NCBI GenBank assembly: GCA_963782055.1
Contig: CAWAIF010000003.1
Coordinates: 5,920,001 to 5,984,000, forward strand
Direction of reading: 5' to 3'
Source: an uncultured delta proteobacterium
GTDB taxonomy: Bacteria > Myxococcota_A > Polyangia > Polyangiales > Polyangiaceae
Length of the DNA: 64,000 nucleotides
Shown here: positions 13,732 through 23,572 of the stretch, one piece after another
Layout: each line of letters begins with the position of its first letter
How positions within the stretch are numbered: the first letter of the stretch is position 1
Notes under the pieces: generated by a model
What the model saw: the letters and a program-made list of their open reading frames with translations, nothing else
Database searches by the model: none
Told to the model about the DNA's origin: nothing
Translations under genes and position numbers: made by a program

Positions 13732-14174
13732 AGGCCGAGCTCCGCCAGACGCGCCGCCATCTGCACGCGCTCCTCGTCGGAGGTGATGTCGCAGTGCTCG
13801 CGCCAGGTCTTCTTGTCCCAGAGCTCGGCGTACTTGCCGCTGCCCGCCCACACGACGTCCTTGGTGAGCCCCGCGTGCTGGCGCAGCGTCGGAGGCACCA
13901 GGATGCGGCCGGAGTCGTCCGCCTCGCACTCGACGGCGCCGGAGACGTAGATGCGCCGGAGCTTCTGCACCGCCCTGTCGAACTGCGAGAGCTTGGCGAT
14001 GCGCTCCTCGAACGCCAGCCACTCCGGCATGGTGTACGCGACGAGGCAGGGGTCGAGCGCGCTGGTGATCACGATGCGCCGCTCGCCGATGGACGCCAGC
14101 GTGTCGCGATAGCGCGCCGGCAGGCTCGTGCGGCCTTTCTGGTCGATGGTGTGCTCGTATCGACCGCGGAACAT
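13728..14174 (-). CDS. mraZ: Transcriptional regulator MraZ
   Basis: MFRGRYEHTIDQKGR, DDSGRILVP; first gene of the dcw operon. Confidence 0.96.
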
Positions 14175-14262
14175 CGTGTGGGCCTGCCTCATCGACGGGG
14201 AGGGAAGTGGACTTGGCCAGGCGCCGGGATCGCTGCTCTACTCGCCAGCGATCGGGAGCCAT

Positions 14263-14287
14263 GGCACTTCTTGCCACTTCTTCCCAC
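14263..14287 (-). promoter_or_regulatory. Putative MraZ operator: three GTGGG-like boxes at 10-nt spacing
   Basis: Minus strand reads GTGGGAAGAA GTGGCAAGAA GTGCC just downstream of the predicted promoter. Confidence 0.7.
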
Positions 14288-14298
14288 GTGCAATTCGC

Positions 14299-14328
14299 AC
14301 GGTAGGGAAGACGAGGACCTGCTGTCAA
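14299..14328 (-). promoter_or_regulatory. Sigma70-type promoter of the dcw operon
   Basis: TTGACA-N18-TACCGT on the minus strand. Confidence 0.6.
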
Positions 14329-14428
14329 TAATCGGGCGGTTGCGAGCTGAGGGTTTCACGGCCCCACCCCGGGTCAATGATTACCCCGCACCCCTTTCGC
14401 GAGCCGGCTGGCGGGTTATGTTGTTCGC

Positions 14429-14743
14429 ATGATGCCGAAGAGGCCCCGGACGGTGAGGCGCGAGCTGGCGCGCGAGCAGGACAAGCTGGCGCGCGCCCGC
14501 GAGCAGCTGGCCGCGCTGCAGGCGGGAGGCAACCCGGAGCGTCCGGTCGTGGTGGAGTCGGCCAGCCAGATCGAGCCCCACGCGCGCTCGATGACCTGCC
14601 CCGTCTGCGGAGATCACTTCCGCGTCCTCGAGCACACCGTGCAGCACCGGCCCGGGGGATCGCTCCGCCTGGTGAGCGTGGTCTCGCCCCAGTGCGGGCG
14701 CCGGCGGACGATCTACTTCGCCATCCGGCCGCACGCCAACTGA
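14429..14743 (+). CDS. Hypothetical protein with coiled coil and CxxC zinc-ribbon-like motif
   Basis: 104-aa ORF with CPVCG and coding-like codon usage. Confidence 0.7.
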   Translation: MMPKRPRTVRRELAREQDKLARAREQLAALQAGGNPERPVVVESASQIEPHARSMTCPVCGDHFRVLEHTVQHRPGGSLRLVSVVSPQCGRRRTIYFAIRPHAN

Positions 14744-14760
14744 CCGCGGAGGACGCCTCG

Positions 14761-15372
14761 GTGCAAGAGGACAAGCCTGTCAGCGACCCGGCGTTCTGGG
14801 AGGCGGCGTACCTGGACGGCAGGGACGGCTGGGAGCTGGGGACCGCGGCGCCGCCGCTGGCCCGGTGGCTGGGCGAGGTGCTTGTGAGCGGATCCGCCCT
14901 GGTGGTGGGCGCGGGACGCGGGCACGAGGCGCGCGCGGCCGCGGAGGCGGGGTGGCCGCGGGTGGTCGGCCTGGACTTCGCGGCGACGGCGACGGCGGAG
15001 GCGGCGCGGCTGACGAGCGACGCCCTGGCCGCCCGCATCGAGTGGCGAACGCAGGACCTCTTCACCCTGGGGGAGACGGACCCGGAGCGCTACGGGCTGG
15101 TCGTCGAGCACACCTCCTTCTGCGCGATCCACCCGGACCGGCGCGCGGAGTGGCTACGCGCGGTGGGCGCGGCGCTGGTGCCCGGGGGGACGCTGCTCGC
15201 CCTCTTCTACACGCACGGCCGCCCAGGCGGCCCGCCCTTCGGCGCGCGCCGCGAGGACGTGGAGGCGCTGCTGCGCGCGGGCGGCTTCCGGATCGAGCGC
15301 GCGGAGATCCCGCTGGACAGCGTCGAGCGCCGCAAGGGCGACGAGTGGCTCGTCCTCGCGCGCCGCGGCTGA
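14761..15372 (+). CDS. TPMT-like class I SAM-dependent methyltransferase
   Basis: FWEAAY...WELG, LVVGAGRGHEA, EHTSFCAIHP, GGPPFG; GGAGG RBS before GTG. Confidence 0.85.
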   Translation: MQEDKPVSDPAFWEAAYLDGRDGWELGTAAPPLARWLGEVLVSGSALVVGAGRGHEARAAAEAGWPRVVGLDFAATATAEAARLTSDALAARIEWRTQDLFTLGETDPERYGLVVEHTSFCAIHPDRRAEWLRAVGAALVPGGTLLALFYTHGRPGGPPFGARREDVEALLRAGGFRIERAEIPLDSVERRKGDEWLVLARRG

Positions 15373-15384
15373 CGCGGGCAGGCG

Positions 15385-15954
15385 TCAGCGCTTGACCGCG
15401 ACGCACACGTGGCGACGGCAGGCCGCGCGCAGCTCGAGCGCATCCCGGACGGCGGGGCAGTGGACGTCTGGCCGCGCGGGGCAGTCGCGGGCGCACATCG
15501 CCTCGAGCTGGTCGAGAGCAGACTTCGGGACGGCGTAGGCGTCCGCCTTGCACGGGCCGCAGCAGCCGGAGAAGTTGCTCACGGTGCAGTCGGCGTCCTT
15601 CGCGCAACGCCCCGGCCTGCTGAAGGGGGACGTTGCGATGGGCGGGATGACCCCGTCCGCGCCGAGCGGCGAGACCCAGCTCGACGGCACAACGCCGGCG
15701 TCCTGCACAGAAGTCGCGGCGGTCGACGTGGCGGAGGGCGTCGGTGGGGGCGTCGCGGTCGTGGACGGAGGACCACTCGGCGCGGGCGCCGTCGTGGTGG
15801 CGGGGGTCACCGCGGACGGGGTCACCGCGGACGGGGTCACCGTGGCGGGGGTCACCGCGGAGGGGGAGCCGGGCGGCGGCGTGTCCGCTCCGCAAGCGAC
15901 CACGAGCGCGAGGAGCACGACGCTCGCCGAACACCGGACGGGGGCGCGACGCAT
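15385..15954 (-). CDS. Hypothetical lipoprotein with Pro/Thr linker and Cys-rich C-terminus
   Basis: Lipobox VVAC, VTPSA repeats, CAKDADC...CCGPC. Confidence 0.7.
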   Translation of the reverse strand: MRRAPVRCSASVVLLALVVACGADTPPPGSPSAVTPATVTPSAVTPSAVTPATTTAPAPSGPPSTTATPPPTPSATSTAATSVQDAGVVPSSWVSPLGADGVIPPIATSPFSRPGRCAKDADCTVSNFSGCCGPCKADAYAVPKSALDQLEAMCARDCPARPDVHCPAVRDALELRAACRRHVCVAVKR

Positions 15955-15984
15955 CTGCCGGATGCTACCACCGGGCCACGATGG

Positions 15985-17130
15985 CTACGCGCTCAGGATG
16001 TGCTTGGCGATCACGATGCGCTGCACCTCGCTGGTGCCCTCGCCGATCTCGCAGATCTTGGCGTCGCGCAGGTGGCGCTCCACCGAGAACTCGCGCGTGT
16101 AGCCGTAGCCGCCGTGGATCTGCAGCGACTTGTTGCACGCGCGCGTGGACGCCTCGCTGGCGAAGAGCTTCGCCATCGACGCCTCCTTGGAGTACGGGTG
16201 GCCCTGATCGCACAGCCACGCGGCGCGGTAGGTGAGCAGCGCGGCGGCGTCCAGCTCGGTCTTGCAGTCGGCCAGCATCCACTGGATGGCCTGGAAGTCG
16301 GCGATGGGCTTGCCGAACTGCTTGCGGTCCTTGGCGTAGGTGAGGCCCATCTCCAGCGCGCCGTAGCCCAGGCCGAGCGCCATGGCCGCGATGGAGATGC
16401 GGCCGCGGTCGAGGATCTTCATGGTGTCGGTGAAGCCCCGGTCCACCTCCCCCACGCGCTGGGCGTCCGACACGCGCACGTTCTCGAAGGTGAGCTCGGC
16501 GGTGTCGCTGGAGCGGCAGCCCAGCTTCTCCAGGTGCTTGCTCGGCGAGAAGCCCGGCGTGCCGTGCTCCACCACGAAGGCGGTGATGCCCTTCTGCTTG
16601 GCCACCCCGGTGTTGGTGCGGGCGAGCACGACGACGAAGCCGCCGACCGAGCCCTGCGTGATGAACATCTTGGTGCCGTTGATGACCCAGTCGTCGCCCT
16701 CCCGCTTCGCCGTGGTGGCCAGGCCGGCGGAGTCGCTGCCGCTGCCCGGCTCCGTCAGCGCCCACGCGGCGAGCCACTCCCCGGCGGCGGCCTTGGGCAG
16801 GTACTTGCGCTTCTGCTCCTCTGTCCCGAAGGAGAGGAGGTGCCCGGTGCCCAGGCCGTTGTGCGACGCGACCGTGAGCGCGAGGGAGCCGTCGACGCGG
16901 GCGATCTCCTCGACGCAGATGGCGTAGCTCGTCGTGTCCATGCCCGAGCCGCCGTACTCCTCCGGGATGCGGATGCCGAGCAGGCCGAGGGCGGCGAGCT
17001 TGGGCACGATCTCCTTCGGGAAGCGCTCTTGTTCGTCCCACTTGCGGGCGTGGGGGGCGACCTCGCTGCGGGCGAAGTCGCGCACCGTCTTGCGCAGGAG
17101 CTGGTGATGCTCGGAGAAGTCGAAATCCAT
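15985..17130 (-). CDS. Acyl-CoA dehydrogenase
   Basis: LTEPGSGSD, NGTKMFIT, RKQFGKPI, HGGYGY, IGEGTSEVQR. Confidence 0.95.
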   Translation of the reverse strand: MDFDFSEHHQLLRKTVRDFARSEVAPHARKWDEQERFPKEIVPKLAALGLLGIRIPEEYGGSGMDTTSYAICVEEIARVDGSLALTVASHNGLGTGHLLSFGTEEQKRKYLPKAAAGEWLAAWALTEPGSGSDSAGLATTAKREGDDWVINGTKMFITQGSVGGFVVVLARTNTGVAKQKGITAFVVEHGTPGFSPSKHLEKLGCRSSDTAELTFENVRVSDAQRVGEVDRGFTDTMKILDRGRISIAAMALGLGYGALEMGLTYAKDRKQFGKPIADFQAIQWMLADCKTELDAAALLTYRAAWLCDQGHPYSKEASMAKLFASEASTRACNKSLQIHGGYGYTREFSVERHLRDAKICEIGEGTSEVQRIVIAKHILSA

Positions 17131-17336
17131 TCGGGTGCCACTAGTTAGGGCCCCCCCGCGGGCGCCGTCAACGCCCTCCGCTGCTCCCTCTCCCACGGGA
17201 CGGGCGAGGACGGGATCCCGAGGCGTAGCGGTGGCCCCCTGGGGAGGGGCCCCGCCGAGTTCGCTTCGGCGGGGCGGGCGGCGCGTGCCGCCCCCGTGAG
17301 CTGTCCTGAGCAGGACGTGAATTCACTCACGTCATC

Positions 17337-18389
17337 TCAGTGGGCGACGCACACGTCGGTGTCGCCGACGTGGGTGCACCAGTAGCCGTTGGGGCACCTG
17401 TCGCCGTGGCCGCAGGGGCGCGAGCAGTACTTGTCCCCGCTGTCGTCCACGCAGACGCCGGCGGCGCAGTCGGCGCCCTTCTCGCAGGGCTCGCCCATGT
17501 CGCTCTCCGGCTTCTGCTGCTTGGGCGGCTTGACGCCCGCGTCCTTCTTCACGGTGACGACGCCGCCGTCGGTGTCGGCGGGCTCCTGCCCGCTCTTGGC
17601 CAGGGCGGAGGCGATGAGGTCGGCGAAGGCGTCCGCCCGCGTGTAGATGTTGTGCACGTCCTTGCCCTCGCAGCTGGGGCCGCCGCGCGAGACGACGCCC
17701 ATCACGTCGCCGGTGGACTCCTCCAGCGCGGGGCCGCCGGAGTCGCCGTTGCAGGTGGCCTCGCCCACCTGGAACTCGCTGTCGGTCGCGCTGAGGATCC
17801 GCACGTGATCGCGCAGGAGCTTGACGCCGGCGCTCTGCAGGTCCCCCGCCTTGCCGAAGCCGACGGCGCGCACGGTGCCGTTCTTCCTGGGGACCTTCTT
17901 GCTGATGTGCAGCGGGGCGATGCCGGCGACGTCGCGGTCCAGGACGATCGCCGCGATGTCGTGGTCGCAGAGGGTCTTCGCCTTCGGCACCACCAGCTCG
18001 CGACCGCGGGCGACGAAGGTGGAGTGCTCGACGTCGTCGCCGACGTAGATGGCGAGGGAGCTCGCCGGCCGATCGCCGCTGATCTGCACGCCGTCGGCCG
18101 GGCAGGCGACCGACTCGCTGGTGATGGAGACGCAGTGCCGGGCCGTGAGGACGACGTCGGTCGCGATGAGGGTGCCGCTGCACAGTCCCTCGCCCCCCAC
18201 GTCGATGGCGACGACGGCAGGGTCGCGCCCGTTGTCGGGCACGCCCTTGACGATCTCGGTGGTGTCGACCTGAACGGCCGCGTCGGCGCCGGCGTCGGAC
18301 GGGACGGGGCGCGCCTTGGCGGTGAGCGCACCGGAGCAGCCGGTGAGCAGGGTGGAGAGAACGAGCGTTCGAACGATGACAGCTTGCAT
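17337..18389 (-). CDS. Trypsin-like (S1) serine protease lipoprotein
   Basis: Lipobox LTGC; LTARHC, HDIA, CNGDSGGP; Cys-rich tail. Confidence 0.9.
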   Translation of the reverse strand: MQAVIVRTLVLSTLLTGCSGALTAKARPVPSDAGADAAVQVDTTEIVKGVPDNGRDPAVVAIDVGGEGLCSGTLIATDVVLTARHCVSITSESVACPADGVQISGDRPASSLAIYVGDDVEHSTFVARGRELVVPKAKTLCDHDIAAIVLDRDVAGIAPLHISKKVPRKNGTVRAVGFGKAGDLQSAGVKLLRDHVRILSATDSEFQVGEATCNGDSGGPALEESTGDVMGVVSRGGPSCEGKDVHNIYTRADAFADLIASALAKSGQEPADTDGGVVTVKKDAGVKPPKQQKPESDMGEPCEKGADCAAGVCVDDSGDKYCSRPCGHGDRCPNGYWCTHVGDTDVCVAH

Positions 18390-18420
18390 GGAACGTGACC
18401 TCCTTCGAGAGGTCGTCTCC

Positions 18421-18436
18421 GCAACGCGCGTGCCGG
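18421..18436 (-). promoter_or_regulatory. Sigma54 -24/-12 promoter of the S1 protease gene
   Basis: Minus strand CCGGCACGCGCGTTGC (GG-N10-GC), about 30 nt upstream of the ATG, with a GGAGG RBS in between. Confidence 0.6.
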
Positions 18437-18522
18437 CCACGGCGAGGCTGATTTCCCGAGCGCGCGCCTGTCCCAGGTGTCCGCGCCGCCTGTCCGGGGA
18501 CACCCCGGGTCCCGCGGAGCGC

Positions 18523-19212
18523 TCAGCGACGGCGGAGCACCATGCGCATGACCACCCAGAAGGCCAGCACGATGGCGATGGCGAAGAGCCGGGAGGTGCC
18601 CCGCGCGGCGTCGAGGACGAAGGGAAGGAAGAAGAGCGCCACCACGACGAAGACGACCAGCAGCGCGCGCACGACGCGGCTCAGGTGGCGCGGGGGCTCG
18701 AGCGGGCGCATGCGCTCCAGGCCGGCGCGCAGATCGCCGAAGCCCTCGCCGCCGCGGGGGATATCCACGACCTCCGGACTGTCCCGGCGGCCATCCCAGC
18801 CCGGCGCCAGGTCGAGCTCGAGGCCACCCAGCACGCCGGGCACCTCCCGCAGCGCGGTGATGGCGGTGGGCGGAAGCTCGTAGAGGCCGCGGAAGGTGCG
18901 CACGACCAGGGTCATGTCCTCGAGGCGCACGGTGAAGGCCCGGAGGTGGCGCTTCATGCGCGACAACGTGTATCCTGCACGTATTGCGGCGAGCAGGACC
19001 ACGGCCCCGGCGGCGCCGACGAGCCAGCCGGCCGGGGCGACCAGCAGCCGCGCGAGGGCCAGGAGCACGAAGACCGCCGGCGCCACCGCCGTCGCGGAGG
19101 AGATGGTGGCGGCGAGCAGGGCGCGCTTGCGGAGCGCTTCCTCCGACAGGCGGTACTCGGGCGCCATTGCCCCCGGTCCGCCTGGTGCCGACGGCGGGAT
19201 GTCCTCGGGCAA
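18523..19212 (-). CDS. Hypothetical membrane protein
   Basis: About four hydrophobic segments; start uncertain. Confidence 0.65.
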   Translation of the reverse strand: MPEDIPPSAPGGPGAMAPEYRLSEEALRKRALLAATISSATAVAPAVFVLLALARLLVAPAGWLVGAAGAVVLLAAIRAGYTLSRMKRHLRAFTVRLEDMTLVVRTFRGLYELPPTAITALREVPGVLGGLELDLAPGWDGRRDSPEVVDIPRGGEGFGDLRAGLERMRPLEPPRHLSRVVRALLVVFVVVALFFLPFVLDAARGTSRLFAIAIVLAFWVVMRMVLRRR

Positions 19213-19213
19213 G

Positions 19214-19624
19214 TCAGGCGTGGGGGTGCACGTTGTCGCGCACCCACTGGATGATGGTCTCGAGCGTGGTGCCCGGCGTGAAGACGCCCTGCACGCCCGC
19301 GGCCTTCAGTCGCTCCAGATCGCCCTCGGGGATGATGCCGCCACCGAAGACGATGACGTCCCCGGCGTCCTTGGCCTGGAGGGCCTCGATGACGGCAGGG
19401 AAGAGGGTGTTGTGGGCCCCGCTCATGATGGAGAGGCCGACCGCGTCGACGTCCTCCTGGACCGCGGCCGCGGCGATCATCTCGGGGGTCTGGTGGAGGC
19501 CGGTGTAGACGACCTCGAAGCCGGCGTCGCGAAGGGCGCGGGCGACGACCTTGGCGCCCCGGTCGTGGCCGTCGAGGCCGGGCTTGGCCACCAGGATGCG
19601 GACCTTGCGAGAGCTCTCGGGCAT
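19214..19624 (-). CDS. Cobalamin-binding subunit of an acyl-CoA mutase (methylmalonyl-CoA mutase C-terminal type)
   Basis: [12 protein letters not shown] (DxHxxG), SIMSGAH, GGIIP. Confidence 0.93.
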   Translation of the reverse strand: MPESSRKVRILVAKPGLDGHDRGAKVVARALRDAGFEVVYTGLHQTPEMIAAAAVQEDVDAVGLSIMSGAHNTLFPAVIEALQAKDAGDVIVFGGGIIPEGDLERLKAAGVQGVFTPGTTLETIIQWVRDNVHPHA

Positions 19625-19798
19625 GGCGAACGCTTAGCGCGGGGTGGGGGGCGGCGTAAAGCGCGACCGGTCGGCCGCCCGGGGCGGGGTGAGGCGGGCG
19701 CACCGGAGCAGGGGACGCCTCGTCGGGCGGCGATTGCGCACTACCGGAGGCGTTCATGGGACTTCCGCTCGCGCACCCTTTGGGAGACACTCCAGATC

Positions 19799-21373
19799 AT
19801 GACGGACATTCCCGGCCAGGGGGGCGAGCGGGGGCATCTCGGGGGGGGCGCGGATCCGGAGAGCCGCGCGGCGCGCGCGGAGGCGCTGGTGGAGCGGCTA
19901 CGTGGGGTGCTCGCCGCGGAGGGTCTGGTGGCGTGGGAGTGGGAGGTGCCGGAGGACCGCTTCCACCGCGACGGGGGCGAGCACTTCGGTCCTGCTCCGC
20001 TCGACCTGTCCACCTTCCTGGCGGTCGTGGACGAGGAAGATCGCCCCGGCGTGGCGCGCGCCGTACGCACGTCCATCGATACCGGCGAGCCGTACCACGT
20101 CGTCTACCGCAAGGCGGTCGGCGGGGAACGGCGCTGGTTCGAGGCGACGGCGGACGTGATGCGCGACGAGCAGGGGCGCGTGGCGCGGCTCATCGGGGCG
20201 ACCGCCGACATCACCGCGCGCCGAGGCCTGGAGGAGCAGCTGCGGCGGGCGCAGAAGATGGAAGCGGTCGGGCGGCTCGCCGGCGGTGTCGCGCACGACT
20301 TCAACAACCTGCTCACGGCGATCGTCGCGTGCACCGACCTGCTGCGCACACGCCTGGCGCAGGACCCGACGGCCGTGCGCGATCTCGACGCCATCACCAG
20401 CGCCACCACCCGGGCCACCGCGCTCACGCGCCAGCTCCTCACCATCAGCCGGCGGCAGCCCGTCCAGCCGACGCTCCTCGACCTGAACGACGTCGTGTCG
20501 GAGATCGCCCGGATGGCCACGCGCATCGTCGGTGAGGACGTGGAGCTCAACACCACGATCTCGCCGGAGGCGCTCACCGTGCGGGCGGACCCGGCGCAGA
20601 TCCACCAGATGCTCCTCAACCTCGTGGTGAACGCCCGCGACGCGATGCCTGGGGGTGGAACGCTCACCCTCACGACCTCGAAGAAGGCGCTCGGCGTCTC
20701 CAACACCTTCCTGCTCCCCGCCGGGTCCTACGTGTGCATGACGGTGTCGGACACGGGGGCCGGCATGGATCAGGGCACGCTCGCCCGCGTCTTCGAGCCA
20801 TTCTTCACCACCAAGCCGGTGGGTCAGGGGACGGGGCTGGGACTCGCGACGGTCCACGCCATGGCCACGCAGCTCGGCGGCGCGGCGACGGCGACCAGCC
20901 GTCCGGGGGACGGCGCCACCTTCTCCATCCTCCTGCCGTGGCACGAGAAGCCCCCCGCGGAGGCGCGGCCGGCGCGACCCGCGACCGCGGCGCCCCGCGG
21001 CGAGCGCGCGTGCGTGCTGCTCGTGGAGGACGAGGACGCCGTGAGGCGCGTCGCCCGGCGCCTTCTGGAGTCGCACGGGCACACGGTGGTCGAGGCGACC
21101 AACGGCGTGCACGCGCTCGAGGTGTTCGAGGAGCGAGCCGCCGACATCGACGTGGTGCTCACCGACGTGGTCATGCCGAAGATGGGCGGGGTGCAGCTCG
21201 CTCGCGAGCTCCGCGAGCGTGTGCCGGAGCTGCGCATCGTGTTCACGTCGGGGTACACCGACGACGACGTCCTCAACCACGGGGTGGAGATGGGCGAGGT
21301 GAACTTCGTCCGCAAGCCCTACACCCTCGAGACGCTGCTTGGCGCGATCGCAAAGGAGCTGGCCCGTCGCTAG
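19799..21373 (+). CDS. PAS-domain hybrid sensor histidine kinase
   Basis: GGVAHDFNNLL, NLVVNARDAM, FEPFFTTK, GTGLGL; receiver LLVEDE, TDVVMP. Confidence 0.93.
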   Translation: MTDIPGQGGERGHLGGGADPESRAARAEALVERLRGVLAAEGLVAWEWEVPEDRFHRDGGEHFGPAPLDLSTFLAVVDEEDRPGVARAVRTSIDTGEPYHVVYRKAVGGERRWFEATADVMRDEQGRVARLIGATADITARRGLEEQLRRAQKMEAVGRLAGGVAHDFNNLLTAIVACTDLLRTRLAQDPTAVRDLDAITSATTRATALTRQLLTISRRQPVQPTLLDLNDVVSEIARMATRIVGEDVELNTTISPEALTVRADPAQIHQMLLNLVVNARDAMPGGGTLTLTTSKKALGVSNTFLLPAGSYVCMTVSDTGAGMDQGTLARVFEPFFTTKPVGQGTGLGLATVHAMATQLGGAATATSRPGDGATFSILLPWHEKPPAEARPARPATAAPRGERACVLLVEDEDAVRRVARRLLESHGHTVVEATNGVHALEVFEERAADIDVVLTDVVMPKMGGVQLARELRERVPELRIVFTSGYTDDDVLNHGVEMGEVNFVRKPYTLETLLGAIAKELARR

Positions 21374-21541
21374 CCGGTCGCGGTCACCGCCCGACCCTCC
21401 CCGGCCGCCCCCCTGTCCCCCCTGTCCCCCTCCCCTGTCCCCGGACACCAAACGTCGAAGTGCTAGCACGCTGACAATCCGACGTTTCAGCGGGAATCTG
21501 CGGAGAGGGGGGGTGGCATGGGGGGTGCTTTGGGGGTGGGG

Positions 21542-22139
21542 ATGGATCCTGTGTTCTTCTCGATCAAGCGGGCCTACTACGCGACGCTCAAGCTGACGCG
21601 GCGGGCGCTCCGGGCGATGGGGCTCACCGCGGCGCGGTTCGACCTGCTCGATGCGCTCTACCGGCTCGGGACGCGGTGCGTTCACCTGCAGAGCAACCTG
21701 CGGCGCGGGCTGGGCGTGGCGCGCTCCACCATCAGCCGCATGATGATTCTCGCTCGAGCAGCTCGGGCTCGTCACGCGGCGGCGCGATGGGCGCGATTGC
21801 ATCGTCGCGCTCACGGCGGAGGGGCGTCGCCGGGTGCGCCGGGCGTTCTACGGGCTGGTGCTCGTCGGGCACGTGGGGCTGGCGCTCGACGGCGCGCTTG
21901 CGCCGGGTGAGCGCCGCTGGCCCGCCGCGCGCGCCTGCGCCAGCGCGCGCAGACACCTCGAGGCGCTCTGCATGCGCATTCGCGTCGGGTTCGGCGACGA
22001 GGCCACGCTCGACAGGCTCACCGAGTACGGGTTCTGGGTGCCGAGGGAGCAGGACCGCATCCGCCGTTCGCGGAAGCATCGGGAGCGTCACCGCAAGGAG
22101 CTCGACCGCGCACACGCCCCGCCGGCGTCCACGTCGTGA
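21542..22139 (+). CDS. MarR-like winged-helix protein; +1 frameshift near 21748
   Basis: GLTAARFDLL...LGVARSTISRMM; deleting one T gives ISLEQLGLVTRRRDGRDCIVALTAEG. Confidence 0.7.
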
Positions 22140-22208
22140 CGGCGCCACGCGTGGTCGTCAGGCCCCCACCGGCGCGCCAGCCTGCGAAGGATCACGCCCG
22201 GCCGCGCG

Positions 22209-23468
22209 TCAGTGGCAGGCCGGGCGAGAACCGGGCTCACGAAGCCAGCAGGCGCCGTCGAACACCTCGCGCGGGCCTGTCCCGTCCTTGGCGAGCTTGC
22301 GCAGGATCTCGCCGTCCGCGTCGGGGTCGACCAGCCGCGCGGCGATGCGCGGGTGCGGGTTGCTCCTGTCGAGCACGTGCTCGTTGTCCGTCCACACCAG
22401 GTGATAGCCCCAGGCGAGGGCCGGCTTGCCTGCGTCGTCGAAGCTCCAGGAGAGGTCGGCGATCATTCCCAGCCGCGTCCAGCCATTGAGGTAGACGACG
22501 TGCCGGTCCTGCTGCCGCGCCGGGAAGCGCGGCGTCCAGGACTCGCCCTGGTTGGAGACGAGGTTGCCGACCGAGGCGAAGACCGGCACGCGCCGGCCGT
22601 CCTCCGTGGTCACCACCTGCAGCGGGCTGACCACGTGCGGGTGGTGAATGACGACCGCGCTCGCGCCCGCCTCGGCGACGGCGCGGGCGAGCCCGAGCAT
22701 GGCGGCGGTCTGGGGAAGGTACTCCTCGCCACCGTGGAAGATGGCGATCGTGGCGTCGCACCCGGCGTGGAAGGCGCGTGCGATGCCCAGCGCCGCCTTC
22801 AGCTGGCCTCGCCGGTCGGGTGTGGCGACCGCCAGCTCGGCGGAGCTCGCGCAGGCGGAGCGGCGCTCGTTGGAGAAGGTGGTCCACGCCACCGCGCACA
22901 CGCGGAAGCCGGGCGTGTCGACCAGCACGCGCGCCTTCCACGGGTCGTCCGCGGCGGCGCCGAGCGCGGTGGTCCCCGTGGCGTCGGCGGCGGCGAGCGT
23001 CGCGCGCAGACCGCGCCCGCCCAGGTCGCAGGTGTGGTTGTTCGCCACCGTCAGCGCGTGAAGACCCGCGTCGTGCAGGGCGCGCATCCACTCCGGCGTC
23101 GCCGCCAGCGTGAAGGTGTGGGGGACCATCCCGCTCGGATCGCCCGTCGCCGTCTCGTAGTTCGCCACCGCGACGTCGGCCGATGCGAACAGCGGCGAGA
23201 GCGGCCAGAGCGCCTCCGCCACGCGCGGCGGGTCCACCAGCTGAGGCCGGTGAGGCAGCACGTCGCCCGCGACCAGCACGCGCACCGGCCGCCGGGCGAC
23301 CTTCGCGACCGCGGCATGGGCCGGCGCCCCCCCCCGACGCGGAACCTTCGGCGGCTCCGCGGCGACCGCGAGCTGCGCGTGGTTCGCCGGGACCTGCGCC
23401 GCCGGGTCGGGCGCCCCGCACGCCGCCGCGAGGCCCACGAGCGCCAGGATCACGCGGCCGAGCGTCAT
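22209..23468 (-). CDS. CapA/PGA_cap-family metallophosphoesterase-like lipoprotein
   Basis: Lipobox LAAAC; VAGDVL, ANYET, VANNHTCD, FHGGEEY, HHPHV, SVGNLVS. Confidence 0.8.
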   Translation of the reverse strand: MTLGRVILALVGLAAACGAPDPAAQVPANHAQLAVAAEPPKVPRRGGAPAHAAVAKVARRPVRVLVAGDVLPHRPQLVDPPRVAEALWPLSPLFASADVAVANYETATGDPSGMVPHTFTLAATPEWMRALHDAGLHALTVANNHTCDLGGRGLRATLAAADATGTTALGAAADDPWKARVLVDTPGFRVCAVAWTTFSNERRSACASSAELAVATPDRRGQLKAALGIARAFHAGCDATIAIFHGGEEYLPQTAAMLGLARAVAEAGASAVVIHHPHVVSPLQVVTTEDGRRVPVFASVGNLVSNQGESWTPRFPARQQDRHVVYLNGWTRLGMIADLSWSFDDAGKPALAWGYHLVWTDNEHVLDRSNPHPRIAARLVDPDADGEILRKLAKDGTGPREVFDGACWLREPGSRPACH

Positions 23469-23572
23469 GAGCGGAATTGTCACGTGGCGCTCTCGCGATG
23501 GCCAAGAAGCCGGTGGCGACCAGCCCGCGCGTCCGCTCACCCGCGCCGAAGCGTGACCGCTCGGCGCGCCGG

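Noticed and set aside
15803..15862. Four ~15-bp tandem units (GGGGTCACCGCGGAC-like)
   Set aside because: In-frame VTPSA linker repeat with no spacers; not a CRISPR array
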